Positions 54,223-59,442 of a stretch of DNA of 59,442 nt are shown here, one piece after another. The position numbers and the translations under genes are program-made. Position 1 is the first letter of the stretch. The number at the start of each line of letters is the position of its first letter. The notes beneath the pieces are model-generated. The model saw nothing but the letters and a program-made list of their open reading frames with translations, did not search any database and had not been told where the DNA came from. The DNA lies in NCBI GenBank assembly GCA_027487625.1, contig JAIYDG010000144.1, positions 1 through 59,442 on the forward strand, in the 5' to 3' direction. Origin of the DNA: Bacteroidota bacterium (lineage in GTDB: Bacteria; Bacteroidota; Bacteroidia; UKL13-3).

Positions 54223-54315
54223 CGCCGCTCGCGTAAGGGATAGTAGCGGATATCCTTTTTGTGAGGCACGAGCAAAAAGATAGCAGCGGATAGCCCGGCC
54301 CGTAGGGATACGCCC
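54223..54315. other. GC-rich noncoding patch with internal direct repeats and a central hairpin
   Basis: GATAGTAGCGGATATCC (54239-54255) and GATAGCAGCGGATAGCC (54279-54295) are 15/17 identical and 40 nt apart. They flank a CTTTTTG / CAAAAAG hairpin (54255-54279). GTAAGGGATA and GTAGGGATA lie outside them. Confidence 0.5.
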
Positions 54316-54341
54316 AAAAGAAAATTTTACTTATACATGGA

Positions 54342-54389
54342 ATTGAGTTGAAGAAAAAAATTGTTGTTTTATCTCTTCTTCAACTCAAT
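54342..54389. other. 14-bp perfect hairpin
   Basis: ATTGAGTTGAAGAA (54342-54355) and TTCTTCAACTCAAT (54376-54389) with a 20-nt loop. No adjacent U-run on either strand. Confidence 0.6.
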
Positions 54390-54501
54390 GTGTTTATACT
54401 AAATTTAGTGTTTTATCTTACTTAGATTTTGTATGAAGTTATTGGCAATCTTGAGGAAAGCAATTTTAATTTAGCTAAAAGATTAAATATGATTCTAAAA
54501 C

Positions 54502-54834
54502 TTATTTAATTTCCTGTTCTTTTAATACCAAACTTGTTAAAAACAATCCCAAAACAAATAGCGGCATCAATGGATTTCCAAGGGAACTCACATAAGATAC
54601 GGCGATGGCACCACCTAAATAACTACAAATTAAGTAGGAACCCATTGTTCTCGTTTTGGGGATGATGTATACAACGACACAAAACACTTCCAATAAAAGT
54701 ATTGGTAATAACTTATCGCTTAATTCCGGCGAGGGCAATTTAGTTGGATTCAATAAACCCACTATTTTCCCTAACATACTTAATACCAAAATCCCGATTG
54801 GAAGGAAGTGAAAATTTCTTTTTAGATTCTTCAT
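54502..54834 (-). CDS. DoxX-like small membrane protein
   Basis: The ATG at 54834 (MKNLKRNFHFLPIGILVL...) follows the ATPase stop by 1 nt. About 110 aa with 3-4 TM helices. The ...LLLEVFCVVVYIIPKTRTMG...GGAI pattern resembles DoxX-like proteins. Confidence 0.5.
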   Translation of the reverse strand: MKNLKRNFHFLPIGILVLSMLGKIVGLLNPTKLPSPELSDKLLPILLLEVFCVVVYIIPKTRTMGSYLICSYLGGAIAVSYVSSLGNPLMPLFVLGLFLTSLVLKEQEIK

Positions 54835-54835
54835 A

Positions 54836-55561
54836 CTATTCAAATAATTTATTGTAATTAATGATTTTTCCATCTGCCATTTCAATGGTTCTATCGCTTG
54901 CTTTTGCAAAGTCGTTATCGTGCGTTACCGCAATAATTGATTGACCAAAATCTTGCGATAATTGCTTGAAGATATCGAACACAATTTGAGTGTTTTTACT
55001 ATCAAGATTACCTGTTGGCTCATCACCCATTATGATTGCTGGATCGTTTATCAATGCCCTGGCTATAGAAACCCGTTGTTGCTGTCCACCACTTAACTTA
55101 GATGCTTCTTTTAAGGCTTGGTCTTTAAGTCCTAACATATCAAGTTTCTCATAGGCGCGATGTTCAATTTCTTCATAGGAATATTTACCTAATTTTAGTG
55201 CAGGAATCATTACATTCTTTAAACAAGAAAACTCAGGCAAGAGGTAATGAAATTGGAATACAAAACCGATTTTTTCATTCCTTAACATGGCGAGTTGGTC
55301 TGTGGTTTTACCAGTTGCTTTTTCGCTATCAATGTATAAATCGCCCATGTAGTTTGTATCCATTGTACTAAGGCAATATAACATGGTTGATTTACCGCAC
55401 CCACTTTTGCCAACAATCGTAAGAAACTCACCCTTTTTTACATCAAAACTTATATCATCCAAAACCTTAAACTCTTGCGGGTCGTAAAAGTATTTGCACA
55501 AATTTTTTGTGCTTAAAATTATCTCTCTGTTTAACATAAAATTATTTTCTAAAGATTTCAA
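54836..55561 (-). CDS. ABC transporter ATP-binding protein (MacB/LolD-like)
   Basis: Walker A GKSGCGKST, signature LSGGQQQRV, Walker B IIMGDEPTGNLD and an H-loop (VTHD). The start may be ATG 55537, which would remove the 20-nt overlap with the permease gene. Confidence 0.9.
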   Translation of the reverse strand: MKSLENNFMLNREIILSTKNLCKYFYDPQEFKVLDDISFDVKKGEFLTIVGKSGCGKSTMLYCLSTMDTNYMGDLYIDSEKATGKTTDQLAMLRNEKIGFVFQFHYLLPEFSCLKNVMIPALKLGKYSYEEIEHRAYEKLDMLGLKDQALKEASKLSGGQQQRVSIARALINDPAIIMGDEPTGNLDSKNTQIVFDIFKQLSQDFGQSIIAVTHDNDFAKASDRTIEMADGKIINYNKLFE

Positions 55562-56771
55562 CCGGGTCTATTTTAGAGGCTTTTCTTGCAGGAAAATAAC
55601 CTGCGCCAATTGAAACTGACAGGCCAAACATTGCTCCGGTTAGGTAAACTTTTGGGTCATGAAAAATGGGGAAATAACCGATTGGAGCACCGATATAAAC
55701 ATTCTGCATAATACTCACCAAAATAAAACCAATTGTAAGTCCTAAAAAGGTACCAATACTTCCCATAATAAATGCTTCTGATACAAATATTTTAACGATA
55801 TCATTTCCTTTAAATCCATTGGCTTTTAAAATAGCAATATCATTCATCTTTTGGGTGATGGTCATGTTTAAGATATTGTATATTCCAAAGGCTGCAACTA
55901 GCATAATACAAAATGAAATCAAAGGTGTCATTGTTCCCAACATATTGTCTTGAGCCAATTGATCGGCATTTGCCGACTTCCAATCTTCTACATTGTAAGT
56001 TGTTATACCTTGTAATTTTGATGCATAAATTTCAGCCTCATCTGGATTTTTAACACTTGCATAAATATCTGTAACAAAATTTGAATTTTGCTTCAATAGT
56101 TGTTGCGCAGCAGCTATATGGATATACGATTTAGAATTATCGAGAGCCTTATTTCCTGTAGTAAAAATACCGCTTACCCTCATTATCCTTTTTATTCCAA
56201 GTGAAGATGAAACTGAAATATTATCGCCAATACCAATATTCAGTTTTTCAGCCACACCACTGCCAATGATAATGGCATTTAAATCAGAAATCAAACTATT
56301 TAAGTTTCCGGCAACCATTGTACTTTGGATATTAAACATGGCATCGGCTTCTGTTATAACTACCCCATTACTTTGTCCTTTTAAACTTGAATTACCATTG
56401 ATATAAAACAAATCTACATTCACTTGTGGCGATGCAAAAGTGATATATTCTTGTTTTCTAATTTCACTCACCAATAAAAACGGATTCACAATATTGTTTG
56501 TAAGTGTAGTAATCTTTGGGTTTGTGATTACTACTAAATTCTTGTCGGATTTAAGAAGTGGCTCACTTAATTTGTCTTCATTAAACACTCTTAAATGAGG
56601 TGCCGATTTAAACATTTCGCCTTTTGAATAAGCACCAAAACCCGAAACAATAGAGTTAGAGAAAATATACAAGGCTATACCTATTGTAACGCCCATAGCA
56701 GCAACTATTGTTTGTTTCTTACGAGTAAGAATATGAGTTAATGCTATTTCATAATTTACTTTAAACCTCAT
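55542..56771 (-). CDS. ABC transporter permease, FtsX/MacB-type
   Basis: 409 aa. An N-terminal TM helix, a large periplasmic domain and a C-terminal FtsX-like 3-TM bundle (...ILKANGF....I...F...). Confidence 0.85.
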   Translation of the reverse strand: MRFKVNYEIALTHILTRKKQTIVAAMGVTIGIALYIFSNSIVSGFGAYSKGEMFKSAPHLRVFNEDKLSEPLLKSDKNLVVITNPKITTLTNNIVNPFLLVSEIRKQEYITFASPQVNVDLFYINGNSSLKGQSNGVVITEADAMFNIQSTMVAGNLNSLISDLNAIIIGSGVAEKLNIGIGDNISVSSSLGIKRIMRVSGIFTTGNKALDNSKSYIHIAAAQQLLKQNSNFVTDIYASVKNPDEAEIYASKLQGITTYNVEDWKSANADQLAQDNMLGTMTPLISFCIMLVAAFGIYNILNMTITQKMNDIAILKANGFKGNDIVKIFVSEAFIMGSIGTFLGLTIGFILVSIMQNVYIGAPIGYFPIFHDPKVYLTGAMFGLSVSIGAGYFPARKASKIDPVEIFRK

Positions 56772-56772
56772 A

Positions 56773-57870
56773 TTATTTCAATTTATCAGTAACAATTATA
56801 TTTGATTCATCAAGTCCAGATAACACTTGAACCCATTCACTGCTTACAAATTTGGTTTCAATCTTTATTGGGTCTTTCTCACCTTTAATCATCACTAAAT
56901 TGCCATACTGCAAATAATTACGCGGAATCAACAAAGCATTCTTAGTTGCTCCCGAAACAATATTCACCTGCAATTGCGTATTAATTATGTTAAAATCGAG
57001 TTTTTCTGTGAAACGAATTTTACATACAAACGATTGGGTTTGCTCATTAAAAGCAGGCATAATTTCAGCAACTTTTCCTTTGTAGGTTTTATCTTTATCA
57101 ACGTTTAATTGGATAACTGCTTCTTGGCCCATTTTAAGCTTAGCTATACTGCTTTCATCAACATTTACTTTAGCATATATTAAATCCGGATTTCCTATCA
57201 AGGCTATTACATCTCCTTTGCGAACAAAATCTCCAGTTTCTTTTAATTTCTTAAAAACCCTTCCAGAAAAAACAGCTTTGACTTGGTTATTACCTGAATA
57301 AATTTCATTAGCCCTTTTCTGTGCATTATTGATGATTAGTTGTTGTTCAGCCTGTTGTTTAACCAATCTATAATTATCTAATAATTTGTTGTATTCGGCT
57401 TTAGCGCTTTTATAGGTCAAATCAGCTGTTTCATAATCTAATTTAGAAACACTGTTTGATTCTAATAATTTCTTATAAGTCTGTGATTTATTCAACTCAA
57501 AATCCATTTTTTGTTTTGCATTATCAACTGCAAGTTTTGCTGAACTTAACTGAGGTGAATTGTCTTGTAGATTCTTTAAAGAAATAGATTGCAAAGCATT
57601 GGCACTTGCTTCATTAATTTCATTGGGTTTATTTTCAACAATTCCTAAAATCTGCCCCTGTTTTACATCATCGTTTTCTTTAAAATTCAATTTGATTAAA
57701 TAGCCATCAGACTGTGAAACCAATTGATAAGTTTGGTCTGCTTCAAGATTACCAGATGCGAATACGGTTTCTGTAATATCCTTTCTAATTGGATTTGTTT
57801 CTTGGTATTTCTTTCCACAAGAAATGAAAGCTAAGAGGAAAGAAAAGAGAATTATTTTTATGTTTTTCAT
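56773..57870 (-). CDS. Efflux periplasmic adaptor (HlyD/MFP family) lipoprotein
   Basis: 365 aa. Lipoprotein signal (AFISC), a lipoyl-like motif (VKQGQILG), a coiled-coil hairpin and a beta-barrel domain. Confidence 0.85.
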   Translation of the reverse strand: MKNIKIILFSFLLAFISCGKKYQETNPIRKDITETVFASGNLEADQTYQLVSQSDGYLIKLNFKENDDVKQGQILGIVENKPNEINEASANALQSISLKNLQDNSPQLSSAKLAVDNAKQKMDFELNKSQTYKKLLESNSVSKLDYETADLTYKSAKAEYNKLLDNYRLVKQQAEQQLIINNAQKRANEIYSGNNQVKAVFSGRVFKKLKETGDFVRKGDVIALIGNPDLIYAKVNVDESSIAKLKMGQEAVIQLNVDKDKTYKGKVAEIMPAFNEQTQSFVCKIRFTEKLDFNIINTQLQVNIVSGATKNALLIPRNYLQYGNLVMIKGEKDPIKIETKFVSSEWVQVLSGLDESNIIVTDKLK

Positions 57871-57872
57871 GT

Positions 57873-59201
57873 TTAGTTGATTTTATTATTGAGATTAATT
57901 TTTGCGTTCATCATCTCAACCATTTTCTGAGATGAAATAAAATTGAACTGACTACTTATCATTTCATTCATACTTTTAATAAGTGTTTCTATACTGATGA
58001 TTCCTTTTTCATAATTGGCAAGATTCTTTTCATAATTACTTTTACGTAATAAAAAAATCTCTTTGTTTGAATCTCTTTGAGAAATCTGCTTTTGAGTTTC
58101 GATAGTAAGTTGATTCTTGTGGTACTGCTGTTGGCTTCTTTCTTTCTTTACCGTATTCTTCGATATCAAATAATCATGTTTTGCTTTAGATGACTGAGAA
58201 ATTTCCATAGCAGAAGGAATTCTTAGGTTTAATCGAAGTCCGACATAATTACTTGGAATCCAATTCACATTAGGATTATAAAAACCAGATTTGGTATTAA
58301 ACTGTTGCTCTTGATGAGAAGCAAAAGCCGAAAAAGTTGGTGTAAATGCTAACCTTGCTTTGTTGTAATTTGAACGCATTAATCGTTCATTAATCACTGC
58401 ATGATTTAATGCCAATTCATTCGTACTAATTTGTGTAGTGATATTACTGGTTACTAGCTCATTTTTAGCTTCCCCTTCATCAATTCTAAACGAAATTTCC
58501 TCAGGAATATCGCATAGAATTTTCAATGTTAGGTATTGTTGCTCTATAGTAAACTGAATCTGATTGATGTTTTCTGAAACAGCTTTTCTTTGCAAAATAC
58601 TTTCATTTAATTCTTGTTGATTTATTAGTCCGGCATTGAATTTGTTTGATGAAATTTCATACAACTTATTAGCATTTTCGAGGTGTTCTACTGAAGATTG
58701 AAATTGTGCTTGCAGAGAAATGATATTATAATAAATCAAAGCGCAGTTTTCATACAAACTCTTTAAAGTGATTTTATTATTAAGCTCGGTTAAACGAATA
58801 TTTAATTTAGCAAATCGTAATCCTTCCCAACCTTGCAAATTGATTAATTTTAATTCGGTGTTTGCTTGTGCACTGGTATTGTACTTTACTCCAAACTGAA
58901 CTTCTTTGAAGGTTCCAGCTTGTCCGCCTAAAACTTCACCAGGAATTAAATTTACAGGTAGTTGAGTATTGTTTGTATAAGTAGAAGAAACATTACCAAC
59001 AGGATCAATAACACTATAAATTGCAGCAATTCTAGCGGCTTTAGCTTGACCTAATTGGATAGTACCATTTTTTATACTTAAGCTATTCGTCTCCGCCAAA
59101 CCTATAAATTCATCGAAAGATTTAATACTTGTTTGAGCTGATAACTGTTTCGTATTTAAAACAAGGACAATTAAAAGTCCTAATAAAATTAGACTCCTCA
59201 T
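57873..59201 (-). CDS. TolC-family outer-membrane efflux protein
   Basis: 442 aa. Signal peptide and two coiled-coil/beta repeats. First gene of the four-gene efflux operon, which has 1-2 nt spacers. Confidence 0.8.
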   Translation of the reverse strand: MRSLILLGLLIVLVLNTKQLSAQTSIKSFDEFIGLAETNSLSIKNGTIQLGQAKAARIAAIYSVIDPVGNVSSTYTNNTQLPVNLIPGEVLGGQAGTFKEVQFGVKYNTSAQANTELKLINLQGWEGLRFAKLNIRLTELNNKITLKSLYENCALIYYNIISLQAQFQSSVEHLENANKLYEISSNKFNAGLINQQELNESILQRKAVSENINQIQFTIEQQYLTLKILCDIPEEISFRIDEGEAKNELVTSNITTQISTNELALNHAVINERLMRSNYNKARLAFTPTFSAFASHQEQQFNTKSGFYNPNVNWIPSNYVGLRLNLRIPSAMEISQSSKAKHDYLISKNTVKKERSQQQYHKNQLTIETQKQISQRDSNKEIFLLRKSNYEKNLANYEKGIISIETLIKSMNEMISSQFNFISSQKMVEMMNAKINLNNKIN

Positions 59202-59442
59202 TGTACTATTCTTTTAAAAGTAAAAGTTTTGGTGAAAATGAATTTGCCTACAGAGAATTTAAACTTATCTGTTCCCAACATTTGAATTTCAACAGAAAAT
59301 TTATCTCCATTATCTGGGTTGATAATTGAACCTACATAAGAGTTCTTTGAATCACTCCAAACTAAATCACGGAAAACAATACTGATTTGATTGGGCTCTG
59401 ATTGAATACTTTTTCCAAAGTACTTGCCAGATAAACTAAACA
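59198..59442 (-). CDS. 3' end of a DUF2147-like protein (partial; start lies beyond the window)
   Basis: The minus-strand reading ends ...SIINPDNGDKFSVEIQMLGTDKFKFSVGKFIFTKTFTFKRIVQ*, with its TGA overlapping the TolC ATG (ATGA). The pattern resembles DUF2147. My hand-read frame was off by one base from the coordinate arithmetic, so the boundaries are approximate. Confidence 0.4.
   Translation of the reverse strand, partial: FSLSGKYFGKSIQSEPNQISIVFRDLVWSDSKNSYVGSIINPDNGDKFSVEIQMLGTDKFKFSVGKFIFTKTFTFKRIVQ

Noticed and set aside
59129-59329. 66-aa + strand ORF at the right edge.
   Set aside because: It overlaps the TolC start and is antisense to the DUF2147-like reading frame, which ends with an ATGA stop/start overlap typical of operon coupling.

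Overview
Low-GC Bacteroidota (Flavobacteriia-like) chromosomal segment. The assignment rests on promoters of the TTTG-N19-TAnnTTTG type, type IX secretion (T9SS) and gliding genes, and T9SS C-terminal sorting domains. Most of the window is core genome: initiator tRNA, miaE, era, der, rpmH-rnpA-yidD, tdh, a UvrD-like helicase-nuclease, ispF, murF and kbl. It also holds a T9SS core cluster (porV-porU, two tandem PorP/SprF paralogues, gldJ) and three very large T9SS cargo genes. These are an FG-GAP protein, a TonB-receptor-linked protein with an internally duplicated ~450-aa module, and a 1858-aa nucleotidase/OB-fold fusion followed by an EEP nuclease and a Crp regulator. The window ends with a MacAB/TolC-type efflux operon. 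Two things stand out. (1) A two-copy, TIR-bounded, strongly self-complementary 247/337-nt element (10428-10764 and 38981-39227). It has a 63-nt identical core and an apical-loop indel, and could be either a TA-flanked MITE or an undescribed structured RNA. (2) A small accessory patch (~49.8-54.4 kb). It carries a decayed gene remnant, a single-domain protoglobin operon (protoglobin, secreted protein, 34-aa membrane peptide, DUF2024, Cys-rich MarR-like regulator) behind a consensus promoter whose spacer is a perfect 21-bp palindrome, a duplicated 62-nt promoter-like block in front of an orphan membrane protein and a HigBA module, and a GC-rich noncoding patch with internal direct repeats. No CRISPR array, rRNA, prophage or intact IS was seen. 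Three small genes missing from the ORF track were added by hand: rpmH, a FeoB-associated Cys-rich peptide and a 34-aa membrane peptide. All homology calls come from motif recognition by eye; no searches were run.
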